From positions 1-64,000 of the forward strand of contig NIVC01003392.1 of NCBI GenBank assembly GCA_002269645.1: a DNA stretch of 64,000 bases. Direction: 5' to 3'. Below are positions 25,642 through 37,871 of the stretch, one piece after another. Within the stretch, counting starts at the first letter, position 1. Each line of letters starts with the position of its first letter. The notes beneath the pieces were generated by a model. The model ran no database searches. It saw only the letters and a program-made list of their open reading frames with translations, and was not told where the DNA came from. This DNA comes from Macrostomum lignano. Taxonomy: Eukaryota. A program made the translations under genes and the position numbers.

Positions 25642-26391
25642 ATGACTGAAACCATGCTGATGATGGCTCGGCAGGCCAGCGCCAACGCGCGCAGTCGCCA
25701 GTCGGACGCGATCCGCAGCCGGATGCAGAACGCCCGGCCAGCCGCCTCGCCAAGGGCATTTCCTCCTCAGCAACAGCTGCTCAAAGCGCAGCAGACTGTG
25801 CGCCCTCGCCAGGTTGGCAAATCGGCCATTTCGATTGCTACCAGCCTGCCGAAACCGCCGTCTGCTCTGGGCAGTCGCCTGCCAACTGCACCGCCGCTCA
25901 TTGAGCACTGCGGCCAGGTTAATCTAGAAAAGCAGAAAAAGCAGGAACAAGTCCTGCCAGAAAGGGTGGAAAAGCAACAGCGTGAAGTTGAGCCAGCATC
26001 CCCAGAGCTGCCATCGGATGACCAGATTCTGTCCGCAATGGCGCAGAGTCGCTTGATTCTCACTGATCAACCTGTCGATTCTGCTCAACTGCAATTTAAA
26101 TCTGAGCCTAGCGCTAAGTGTCTGGCTGTGACTGCTCAAGCAGACCGGCACAGGCGTGGCGGAGTTAATCCTGTCCTATGCCATCAGCTAGCTGTGCACC
26201 TGGCCGAGTGTTTAGTGCCTGCCCAATCGCAGCAGGGTTTGTACCATCCCAAGCGGGCGGCGCCTGTGTCCCGCTTCCAGTTTGACACTCCCTCGCCAGA
26301 CGATCGGGTGCTGCAGGCGGTGGCTAACCGGCCAAAACTGCAATTGCACGTTGCTAGCGCAGCGTCACAGTCAGCCTGTGTAAATTGTTAA
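25642..26391 (+). CDS. Possible coding exon/ORF, 249 aa, Ala/Gln/Pro/Ser-rich, function unknown
   Basis: Non-repetitive 750-bp ORF, GC-richer than its flanks. A cag lies one base before the ATG. No domain recognised. Confidence 0.5.
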   Translation: MTETMLMMARQASANARSRQSDAIRSRMQNARPAASPRAFPPQQQLLKAQQTVRPRQVGKSAISIATSLPKPPSALGSRLPTAPPLIEHCGQVNLEKQKKQEQVLPERVEKQQREVEPASPELPSDDQILSAMAQSRLILTDQPVDSAQLQFKSEPSAKCLAVTAQADRHRRGGVNPVLCHQLAVHLAECLVPAQSQQGLYHPKRAAPVSRFQFDTPSPDDRVLQAVANRPKLQLHVASAASQSACVNC

Positions 26392-28181
26392 TGTGTGTGT
26401 GCTGATTGCTGTGATATGAATGTGTGCTGTCTATGTACAGTGTCCACTGCCGACTCTGCACTCTGCAGTCTTCAGTGGGCTGCTTACTCAAGACTTTGGC
26501 AGTTAAAATAGTGTTAGATAATTGCGTGTACCAAAGCCACAAACTCAAAATGATTGCTGTTACAGAAGAATGAGGTTTACAGATTTTAACCTCCCATTTT
26601 GTCTCATACCGCACCTAACAAGCACTCACTGATCTTATCTATATTTAAATTTTGTTATTTTTCACATCATCTGTGTGTGTGTTCTGTTTATCAATCTTAT
26701 AGCAAGCGTGTCAGTTGATTCTGGATGTGCTTTGCTATAAAGTAACTATTGTATATTTCTACATATCTCCGTTTATAAGGCTGCAGAGGCTGCAGAGTGC
26801 AGAGTCTGCTGTCGTTGGATGTAAAGTTGTCTGTGTAAACGTCTGTCTGAGTGTTAGGCACTGACTTACCAATTATAATCGTTAGATATGTGTATACTAG
26901 TAACAATACAGAGTGTACTGTAATTAGTTATTATCTAACGTAAGTCCAACTTCAATTTGACTTATGTCAGATAAGATTCGGTGTTAGAGTCCCATGTAAG
27001 CCCCCTTCAAGACACACATAAATCACTCATTTTTATGATGCGCGCACATGTCCCTTATTTATTCATCTCTTGCTTTGATTTATTGTGTCAATTGTCAGAT
27101 CTAGAATACGTAAATCCATCGGGTATTCGTACTTTGAAATTTTGTTACATATAACAAAAATGAAACTTAATAATCAGTTATAATTTCTATTTAAGCTAGA
27201 ATTGTTACCAAAGTACTGTAGGGCAACGATGCAAAAGGTAATTGTTTTGTGTGAAAGGGTAAATGGCTTATCATTCGATTGAATAACGTTGGTCTCTGTT
27301 ACAGGTTCGTATGTAGTACTTATCACCTTCACTAAAAGAAATTTTCATTTTTCCTGTCTGTCTGTCTGCCTGCCTGACCATGTGCCTGTCTTTTCCTAAA
27401 CTATAATCGGTAAACGTGAGTAGAAAGAAACTGGAAAACTTTTATTTAATTTGATTTGCCTCGAAGTGTGTGAATTCGACAACACTGAAGCAAAATATAA
27501 GTGCGGGTGAGCCGAGAAAGGCGCAATGTGTTTTTAATATAAATTGCCGCCTGGGAAATTTTAAGTTTACTAAAGAAATTTATGTTTGCTTATTCGTCTT
27601 ATTGGATAGTGTTTTTATACTTTCCGCTATGTAGTATTTGAGCTTTATGCTCACCTTAAAATTTTAGTATATTAGTGCTGTATTCTTAATTATTTGAAAG
27701 ATGAATCTTTAGGCTAAAAAATCGCTAGAAGTTTTATTATACAAGTACTAATGCGAGAAGTTTCGATTTGTGTTGCGTTTCATCCATCACAACCTTGTGC
27801 AACACACTGCATGAACACTTCATCGCGTCATTTTCTATAGATGCGGTAATTCCATTGCAAGACTCCAGCTGTAGCTATTTTTAGAATTCTTTTTAATGTC
27901 GCTATTTTTAGAACTCGGCTATTACTAACGAATAAGAAAAACGAAAAAAATGGTAGGTACCTAATATAGCGGTACTGTAGTGTGGGAACTTCACTTTTAC
28001 TACTATACTGTTGTAACGGCGTTGCAATCAGGGGAGTCTGTATTACATGTACGCTCTGCGTTTAGAAAATTAAATTACAATTGTAATGTAAATATGTAAA
28101 CTTGCATGTACGTACATGTATTGTACCGCCGATAGTATGCAGTGACCGTACTACGCAGTAAGTGACTAAAATATTTCTTAT

Positions 28182-28436
28182 CAGGGGCGTCGCCATGGAT
28201 TTTATGATGGGGGATAACCAAGAATTCAACATGTACATGTACATGACTAAATTCCTACATCCAAATATAGCGCCTTTTTGCTGCGGTGCGAAAAAGATTG
28301 CCTGCGGCGCTAAAATTGAGTGCTTGCGGCGCCAAAATGAGTGCTAAATAGTGCTAAAAGGCATTAATGCCTCCCCATACATGTAGTTTTTACTGGATGG
28401 GGGCAATTGTCACCCTCTGCGGTGGCGACGCGCCTG
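28182..28436. mobile_element. Candidate 255-bp MITE with 14-bp imperfect TIRs
   Basis: CAGGGGCGTCGCCA at 28182 versus TGGCGACGCGCCTG ending at 28436 (13/14 match). No clear TSD. Confidence 0.45.
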
Positions 28437-31400
28437 ATATTTGTAAATGTACATATACACGCGTCGACATCCACAATATCAACATTTTGATAGCTCAAGG
28501 ACGACTGCACTCTATTTTAGAAGTTACGCTCGTATTTGCATATTCATGAAACGAAACAAAATCTGTTCATACACGAAATTACTACTGCGTTCTAGTATAT
28601 TGCCGTGTCGACCAACAATTATTGGGAAAAGATTGACATGTTATGTAACAAACTTGTGCAAGGGGCAAAGTCAAAACGAGGGCATCGCGAGTTTACACCA
28701 TTCAAACTTTGTAATACCAAATTGTATCTGTTTTCTAATGAGTATGGCCGGTTAAATCTTGCATTAAACTGTGAATTATAAATTATTTTTTTATAATCTA
28801 AGTAAAATTAGTCTTTTTCGCTCCTCTAAAAGACAAAATATGTCCTTTTCAGCGATAATTTTTTTGGCGGAAATTCAACCACGTTGAACACGTGTGAAAA
28901 AAATTCTATATAATTTACAAATAAGGGCTAAAAATGTAGGAATTAATATAGACTGGTGAAAGTTTTGAGTTAATTTGCATTAAATGCATGTATGAGTAAT
29001 GCTTTATTTGTATAAACCTTACTGTAGTTCGAATGATCTTCGTTTTGGTAGTAAACATTGATTATGACATCCCACCTATATGCTCATATGAGAATATGTT
29101 AAAAACTAATCTAAATTGATGTATCCAATTGGATTATTCACTTTTACATTTTAGAAAATAATTTAGCATAAAATCGAAGCTTTTTATTGAAAAAGCCTAA
29201 TGTATTACTTATTTTATAACATTCTATAACAATATAAAAATACTTTTTAATAGTTAGAGAGCACAAAGTGATTTTCTCCAGTAGTCTGTTGCATCAGAAT
29301 GAATAATTGCCAGCTTTTAGAATTGAAATATGTTATTACACACCTATTAAGCTCGAAGCATTTTTTTTCTTTACTAAATGGTACTCTTTGTTGGCTCTTA
29401 AATGCCATAAATGTTAGTTTTTGTCATGATTTTTTTCTCCGGAAGCCTACTGTGTGGAGCATGTACAATGAAAAGCTTAGATATTTCATCAAGGCACTGC
29501 AAAGAACCCTATAAAGAAGCATTTTTTTGGCTTTGCAGCAAGGACAACCTAATATAATTTTATTGCCATTTAATGTATAATTTGTAATGAATTAGGCTTT
29601 AGTTATTTATAATGATAGTTATTATGCTCATTTCATACTGAATAAGTTGAGGTAAATTTTGTAAAAATTACTTTAAACATCTTTTTATTGACCATCACTT
29701 AAAATTTTTTATGACTAGTAATTCTAGTCTAAGATCACCAGATTAATCAGATTTCACTTACTAACACCAAATAATCAGGTCTGATTGACTTTAAATTTAC
29801 TTTAAATTCATTGGTCTGCTTAACTGACATCAGATTTACCTAGGATCAATAATTTTGGGGCATCATGAAGGTTATAGCATTGTAACAGACTATGTAATCA
29901 TGCTTAAATAACTTGGAATTCATAATTTAATATCTTGAAATCTGCATGGTGCTAGAATCCTATTGGAATAGAAAGAAGACAGCAAAAAATACAGACAAAG
30001 CGTTCACTCATTATCTCTCTAATAATAAAATGTTCATCTCCACAGATGTACCTTTCAGCTGTTCGGAAATGGAATGAAAAAAAAATCGCTACAAATCGCT
30101 ACACGCAGCAACAACTTGTGTCGACATAATTGACAACCATTGTAGAGAACCCCACCTCTTATGTTCGGCGGGTAGTCGATCAGAATCCAGTCTGGCGCAT
30201 CGCTGCAAGTTGGACTCTGTCACTAAGCTTTGTTCGACACAAGCAGATTTTGAGCACAGTCTGGCAGTATGCTGCACTTCAGTTTCAGCAGGGCCAATCT
30301 GAGCTGCTCGAGCAGAGTTTGAGAACACTGGCAGTATGTGCTGCCTTATTTTCACTTTTACGTTGCAATTTGGCCTCTTTTGTATCGACTTTTCTGCGTT
30401 CGCTCTGGCATGAGAGTACGAGCCCTCTTCAGCGTGGTAGCGTTGTAACGTTCTAGCTTTGAAAGCTAGGATGCCTTTTTTCGACTATAGCATACTCCTT
30501 ATATAATTAATAAGTGCTTTTTAAGCTCAACCAGCTATGTACCTGTGATGTGTGGCTGCCAGCAGCCACGTATTAGTTTATGGGTATATGCTTGGCTTAC
30601 AGACCCACAATTGATAGACTGCAGGAACAAGCGCGAAACGATTGACGAGCTCTTGCTTAATTTCAACAAATATACGAGTAAACGAGCCTACGATTTAAAA
30701 CACGACTTCCCAAACACATTGATCTGATAATAAAAAGTTTTATTAATAAAGCAGCATCAGCTCAAATATTTTAATCTATGGCCATGGACGTATAGAGCAG
30801 TCTGCACAGACCAGAACAGAAAATCAATATGGCTACCTCAAGAAGGGTAAAAAAGATATCTGGGTGGGGGGCATGGTTATGCTCCTATCCAAACAGTTTC
30901 AATACAAATGTGAATCTCACAGAGCTCTAAATGAAGCTCTTAATGCCTCTTGATTTAGTGAAAAAGATGAACAGGCAACAGAAATAGGTTTTAGAATTTT
31001 TAGGCACAAGTAATAAATTCCTGAAGCAGAAGTTTTATTAACTTAAATGCAAAACAAGATTTTTGGTATAGCCACTAGGCCCATACAATAAAACACACTA
31101 TAAAACATAAGGTTCTAAAAAGGTGTGTCTTGTGGTCTGAGAGAAAATGTAGGCCACATAGCCACCAGAATCTTGGGTGCCAGAATCCAAAAGTAGCAGT
31201 GCAGCACCTGAACCAGTTGTGGGCAGAAGTGGCCTGCTAGGTGCAGGAGTCGCCAACATTGCAACAGGTTGCTCAGACAGATCAGGTTGGTTCATGGAGA
31301 AAGCACTAGACTCACTCAACCAAATGTAAAGGTAACATACAGCAAGTCCACCAGTTTCATTGTTTAAGTAAGGCCTCAGGTTTAGAGCTCAGAATGAAAG

Positions 31401-33641
31401 GCATATCATAAAATGCAGCTGAGAAGATCTCCCAAAGAAGTCCTGGCATGGCATGCATTAAAGTGAAAAACATTTAACATATTTTACTTACATTTAAGTC
31501 TAAAAAACTTCTACTAAAGCAAGTTAAGAATTTATTGGTATATTAAATATACAATAGTATAAAAGGAAACACTCCTACTAGGCATTTAAAGCCAGTTTGT
31601 AAACAATAAAATATATAATAAAATAATGCTATATTCTAATTTTTTAAAAAGCAAATATATCAGGTTTTGCATTTTTAACTTTTAACATGTTCTAAGTTCT
31701 TAAAGCTCATAATGTGAGTTTTAAATGAAATAAATGTAACAAATAATGCAAATGAAAACATATTGCAATTATACATTTTCAAGAATAGTGCAAGTCACAT
31801 TTTAATCAATCATATAGCTTTTTACATTGCAAATTATATGAAACTAGAAAGTTAAAGTTTAAAAAAAGTTATTACCTGTTTTACTTGCTACTTGTTAATT
31901 ATTTAGCAATTTAAATTATATATATACTTAAAAGTGCATAGTGATGGCTATAATAAACAGTATCATTATCAGTAATCATAAGTTAGATTATCACTTAGCT
32001 AAGGCCCAATGGCTTTTGTAAAAAAGCATATATCAGTTTCGAAGTAATTCTAAGCTGTAAAGCTGTACAAAATTGTATATTTACATTATATTTTTTATTA
32101 CTACGTCATTAGCAAAAAATCAAATAGGCCTAAGACACGGACAGTTAAATATAAATAGCAATCTGAACTAGACTACAAATTATGCCTCAGAACAAAAATA
32201 TAGTGAAACAAGAGCGTGGGTGGATAAAGCTATTTTATAAAAAAACTTGATAGACACCTTTATTTGTCATTCTATTCAGTAAAATTATTTAAACCTAAGT
32301 CTCATGAGTCATTTGCCTATTCATAAGCCGTGGCTTATAAAATAAAGCATATATCTAGAATCCTCAATCGATTATTGTTCATAAATTAGATAAGCAGAAA
32401 ATTGATGCTAGACGTTTGCAATGCTTGAAATACAGAAGTCAGTAATCAATATCCAAATCTCATATTTAATTCAATCCAAAAAAGTTTGCTGATATTTCAC
32501 ATCCGTAAGAAGAACCAGGCCAAACATCAATAATAAAGTACTTATTAACATGAAACTGATAACTAAATTAACGAGAGTATTTCAGAACACAAACAGGCGC
32601 GACGTAAACAAAGTAAGCAGTTTAACAAAATCCAGCTTAATATTTATTTAAAAAATATCTATTGCAATATTTACCTAATTTTTTCAGATAAAAACTACTT
32701 TTACGGGTTTGTATAGAACATTTATTTTTAGAATACTATATTTAGTTTCTAATTCTGCGTCCGTACAGTTCCGTAAAAGTGAAGATTAACAAATGGGTAG
32801 GAAATTTATTAAGAGGTGTATTTTGTGCTTTTAAAATGTTTTTTTGAGACCACTTAACGGAAATATAAAAAATTGTATAAAAAATTACCAATTGAAACAA
32901 CAATTTTTTCCCTACATTTTCTGACTCCCCAGTTTTGACTTTAACCGGCAAAACCTATAAAAATGTTTTATTTTGAAACACTGCCTTAAGTACGTTCGTA
33001 AATCCTTTGTTTATAGTTAAAGCACGACCGATACTAATCGAACCTATGCTATAAATTCCGGAAAATTCAAGACAGTCAATACTTTAGTCTGATTTTTTTA
33101 CTTTAGGTTGTAAAAATAAAAAAAAATAAGTTAAAAAACAGTAATTTAAAGCTTTGTTTAAATTTGTAAAGCTTTAGTAAGCATTTTTGTTGAGCCGCAT
33201 TACCGCGCCAATACAAACTTGGTACAATTTTTAAATTAAATAAATTTACACTATTTCCAAGATATCTGTAATGATTTTCATTGACATCCTTAAACTAACC
33301 CTTTCAATTTAATAATTAATCAACCTTTCAACCCTTTTTTATTCAATCTTATATGGTATGATTCATTGTAGTTAGTCACACAAATTTTATACGAATCTGT
33401 CTAAGCAATTAAGTATCTTACATAAACTCATAAGCATCAGACTGAAGTTCAAAGTTTTTCTGTTTTAGTCGCGAAGCTAAGGTTAATTCCGAGCATAGAA
33501 ATTAAGTTCTTGCGTACCTGTTTGTCACCATTTTAAAAGAAAAAAATAGCACTAAGCACTACATATATTTATTTTTAATATGTAATTAGTAAAATTCATT
33601 TCTTCACAATGCCAAGGCAATAGTATATCGTGTATGTAATG

Positions 33642-33830
33642 TAACTAGCAATCAGCGCCCTTGTTGAGAGCCAACAAAAAATGCAATATTTTTTAAATAA
33701 GCTACTTGTAGCTTTTGACCTCTCAGCCTGGACATCTCAGCGATTCCCCTATCTAACTTGACCTCCTAGTAAACCCTCCGTAAGCCTTGACATCTAAGGC
33801 CAAGCCAAGTGTCAAGACTTAGCAATTCCT
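33642..33830 (+). repeat. Dispersed repeat, copy 1 (copy 2 at about 52699-52900)
   Basis: Both copies share TAACTAGCAATCAGCGCCC..TGTTG..AGCCAA..AAATGCA and later AAGCCTTGACATC. Confidence 0.65.
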
Positions 33831-35663
33831 AAGATTCATAGCATTCATTAGAAAGCAATTCCTCCAAGCCTTAACACTGTGCTGTTTTAAACAGATTTGT
33901 AAACCAGTACTGTCTAAAATCTTGTTATTTTATATTAGCCTATATCTTCTTATAATTAATTTAATATAGGCTAATATATAATTTGATCTATAGTAGTATT
34001 ACTATTAGGCAGTAAATTATAGTCTACAATGTAATAATAGGACTAGAAAGAATTTTCTATGATATGTCTTAAAAGCAATATTTAATTTCATTATTTTGAT
34101 AATATTAATGATCGAATTATTATAACTAGTTATTAGGATTTAGAATTAATAGTAGCTTTTATTTAAGACTATTATTGGCTATATCATCTTATAAATAGAC
34201 TAATTTTAAGAGAAAAAATTATAATGTGTAAGAAATAAATAATGAATACTTCTAAATGTTCAGAAAAAACTTATATAGGACAATACATAAGCTTCTTACA
34301 ACAATGCATACAATATACATATATAATCTTCTAAGTTTGTGCTAGTTATACAAGTTGAAGTTAGTCTTAATAAAAATGGAACTTTGTTAGCTCTAGTTAC
34401 ATCTTCCTTTTTTGTTTTGTTACATGTTTATCTTCCCTCTTATTTATCTTTCCTATATGCAATGAGAACTTAAAGTTGGTATCAAAGAAATTAGCATTAT
34501 ATTGTATAGTCATTGTCCATTTATTATACTCTTTATTTTAGTTGTGTTATTACTGGCAAAAGTATTGCTGCTTTAGTCTATTGTCTATCCTTTAATCTAG
34601 TAATTCCCTGCCAGGATAGAATCTTTGCATGGCAATTTTAGAACCAAAAGTTGCATGCAATTTTTTGTACAAGTTTTTTATTCTAAACTATGCAAATTTT
34701 ATTTTTTATGATGTGTTATATAAATTTTAAATAAATTGAGGTGCCGGCGTGTTTTGATGTACTGCACTGCACCTGACTCACCTGAGTCCAATATTGAGTA
34801 ACTCTAAACAGCCAGCCAGCCTACCTAACCGAACCGGCCTACTCCGGTGTATGCTGCTCTGCGTACTTTCTCTCTCTCCCCCTTGACATGATAATATTCA
34901 GTAGTGATCGATTCTGAGTTTTAAGCCCACTTACTTGTTTGTCTTTTAAGCCTATATATTGGTCTCGCCACCTACCACCTTGTAACTCACTGTCATTGCA
35001 ATATTTTGCTTGTCTCAAATATACAACCTTGTACTTGACTCAAACCAAGCCCACAGGCGGCCTTGTCATCATTTACTGGGCGCAACTTGACATAAATATC
35101 TAAAGATAAGTTTTATAATTATCTTTTAATGTTGATGTAATGTTCAGTTCAGTGGCTTTGCTTTTAAATACAATCTCTTTGTTTTATTATAACAAATTAC
35201 AAGTGTAATATTCAATATCTTATAATGAAATCATACATTTTTTGAACAGATAAAAGCTTTTCACACATAAACCTTTTAGAGTTGCACAAGTTTGCTAGAA
35301 ATATGTGTGCAAGTTTTTGTCAGCTCACATGGGATGTGTTCAGGATTTTATACAAAAATCTATTTTGGTATCCCTGTAAGCCTAGAACCTATGTTTTATG
35401 TTCTAAAATATTTATATTTGCCTTGAGCTAAGAAATCCAAGCTGCATTTTCTTATTCTGACAGAATTCAATAGACTGCATTTCACATTCATGACATTTGC
35501 CTTGCTCCTTTGTTTTTTTTGTTACTTGCATTGTCTAGTTTGGCAAGGTTTTATGCATACCATCAGGGCAAGTGTTTTTAGGCCTATATTGCTAGTCATG
35601 GTCAAATTTTGACAAACTTTAACTATATATCATAAACCATATAGCCTTCAAATTCATAACTTT

Positions 35664-35983
35664 ATGATGGAAAATGAGAGACCAGTGGATGCAAATCTGC
35701 CACTATTTCCAAGCATAATTCTTTTGTGCAGTCTCACCAGCTTCTCCATCATGAGTGGCCTATGTTTTTGCATCAAGATTCGCTCATTGTTTCACAAAGT
35801 CAAGAGTCCAGAGACAACTACTGCCAGTGGAAAAAGTAGCAACAGAGCTGCTAAAAGACGCAGCACTGCTTCTGCCGGCGGCAGCTTTGCTGGCAGTCAC
35901 TGCTGCGCTGAGGAGGTCAATGCCAATGGCTCAGTAGATAGCAATGTTAGACTTGTAGGCAGTTCAGAGGATCCGGATGATGC
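35664..35983 (+). CDS. Exon 1 (as visible) of a single-pass TM protein with a long Tyr/Pro-rich cytoplasmic tail
   Basis: MMENERPVDANLPLFP, then hydrophobic SIILLCSLTSFSIMSGLCFCI, then KIR. Donor GC|gtaagt at 35984, phase 2. Further upstream exons cannot be excluded. Confidence 0.75.
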
Positions 35984-36109
35984 GTAAGTTTAAAGTTCCT
36001 CATCATCGGTCTTGAATGAATTTATTTTATTGACCTTTATACAACTGTAATAAAGAATTCTAACTATTTCAAAAGTACAATAGGAATTCCCTAGAGACTT
36101 TTTTATCTA

Positions 36110-36600
36110 GCCGATTCCCCCGGACCCTTAAATTATCTAAGGATTTCCCTTGAACCCTTTTATTATCTGAGGAATTCCCCTGGACCCTTTAATTATCTGA
36201 GGAATTCCCCTGGACTTCTTAATTATCTGAGGAATTCCACTGGACTTCTTAATTATCTGAGGAATTCTCCTAGACCCTTTAATTATCTGAGGAATTCCAC
36301 TGAGCCCTTTTATTATCTGAGGAATTCCACTGGACCCTTTAATTATCTGAGGAATTCCTCTGGACCCTTTAATTATCTGAGGAATTCCACTGGGCCCTTA
36401 AATTATCTGAGGAATTCCCCTGGACTTCTTAACTATCTGAGGAATTCTCCTGGACCCTTTAATTATCTGAGGAATTCCCCTGGACCTCTCAATTATACGA
36501 GGAATTCCCCTGGGGCCTGGACCCCTTAATTATCTAAGGCATTCACCTGGACCCTTACATATTTGAGGAATTCCATTGGTCTCTTGATTATCTGAGAAAC
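36110..36600. repeat. 30-bp minisatellite (TGGACCCTTTAATTATCTGAGGAATTCCCC) in intron 1
   Basis: About 16 visible units. Confidence 0.95.
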
Positions 36601-36796
36601 TTCCCTCCAGCCTTTGGCCTTATCGATCTGGAAATTCCCCGCAAAAAAGTTTCCACCTGGAGACATACAATCGGTTTTGTGTGTCGTTATTGCTAACTGC
36701 AGAAAAAAGGGGCGATCCCCTTTTATCCTCTGCTAATCAAATTCCCCTTTGATCCCCTACTTACCTGGAAAATCGCCCGGCCGCTCGCATCCGCAG

Positions 36797-37138
36797 GGAC
36801 GCCAGCGCGGGAATCTACGAGACCACCGCCAGTCTGGACGGCCTGGATCATCACTGCACCGTCGTGTCTGTCGGCGTCCATCACGGCTGCGCAACCGAAG
36901 CCGGAGACAACGGCGTCAGTGCGGACTTGAGCAGCGTGGACTGTCGGGATCGGCACAGCGCTTTCGCTAGCAACGGCGAGCCTCATAAACGGGTCAGCCT
37001 CCGAGAGAGCTTCATCGCCAGGCTTAGCGGACTGTCCGCGAGTGTGCAGCTGGGCCACCGGGGTCAGCGACAGTCCAATGGTGCCCACGCTGCGGTGCTG
37101 GATCCCGACGACTCCAATGAGCAGCTTGTTAGGCCGAG
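36797..37138 (+). CDS. Exon 2 of the TM adaptor-like gene
   Basis: Acceptor ccgcag at 36796, phase 2 (GC+G=Ala). DASAGIYETTASLDG...EQLVRP. Donor AG|gttcgt at 37139, phase 2. Confidence 0.8.
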
Positions 37139-37212
37139 GTTCGTTTCTTTGCTGCCGCTGGTTGAGTTGACTCGCGATCCTAAATTAGGGGATTTGGACC
37201 TACGGTTTTGAA

Positions 37213-37642
37213 AGGGATTTCGACCCACGATTTCAATTTGGGATTTTCGTGGGATTCGATTTGGGATTTCGACCCACGGGATTTCGATTTGGGATTTGGA
37301 CGCGCAGGATTTCGATTTGGGATTTTGACGCACGGGATTTCGATTTGGGATTTTGACGCGCGGGATTTCGATTTGGGATTTTGACCCACGGGATTTCAAT
37401 TTTGGATTTTGACCTACGGGATTTCAATTTTGGATTTTGACCCACGGGATTTCAATTTGGGATTTTGACCCACGGGATTTCGATTTGGGATTTTGACCCA
37501 CGGGAATTCGCTTTGGGATTTTGACCCACGGGAATTCGCTTTGTGATTTTGACCCACGGGATTTCAATTTGGGATTTTGATCCACGGGATTTCGATTTGG
37601 GATTTTGACCCACGGTATTTCGATTTGTGATTTTGACCTACA
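37213..37642. repeat. 28-bp minisatellite (GGGATTTCGATTTGGGATTTTGACCCAC)
   Basis: About 15 visible units. Confidence 0.95.
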
Positions 37643-37871
37643 GTTTGGTTATGATATTAGGGAGCTTTCGTACTTACAGGACACAAATCTTTATCAAGAT
37701 TTCCCATACGCATTGTATTCAAATCTGCATTTATAATGTCATATACTGTAAAAGTCCTGTTTAGCACAGCCAGGCCTCATAGGCCGCATAGATTCATATC
37801 TGCTGGATGTCTGTCCAAGCCATCATAGGGCTTTACTAGCGTCAATGCTGTGTTTGCCGCACTTAACAGTA

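Noticed and set aside
30089-30727. Short ORFs possibly from a transposase remnant
   Set aside because: No catalytic or zinc-finger motif or TIRs could be identified.
33931-33978. 15-bp perfect inverted repeat (TATATTAGCCTATAT) with an 18-nt spacer
   Set aside because: AT-rich and isolated; no associated feature, so plausibly chance.
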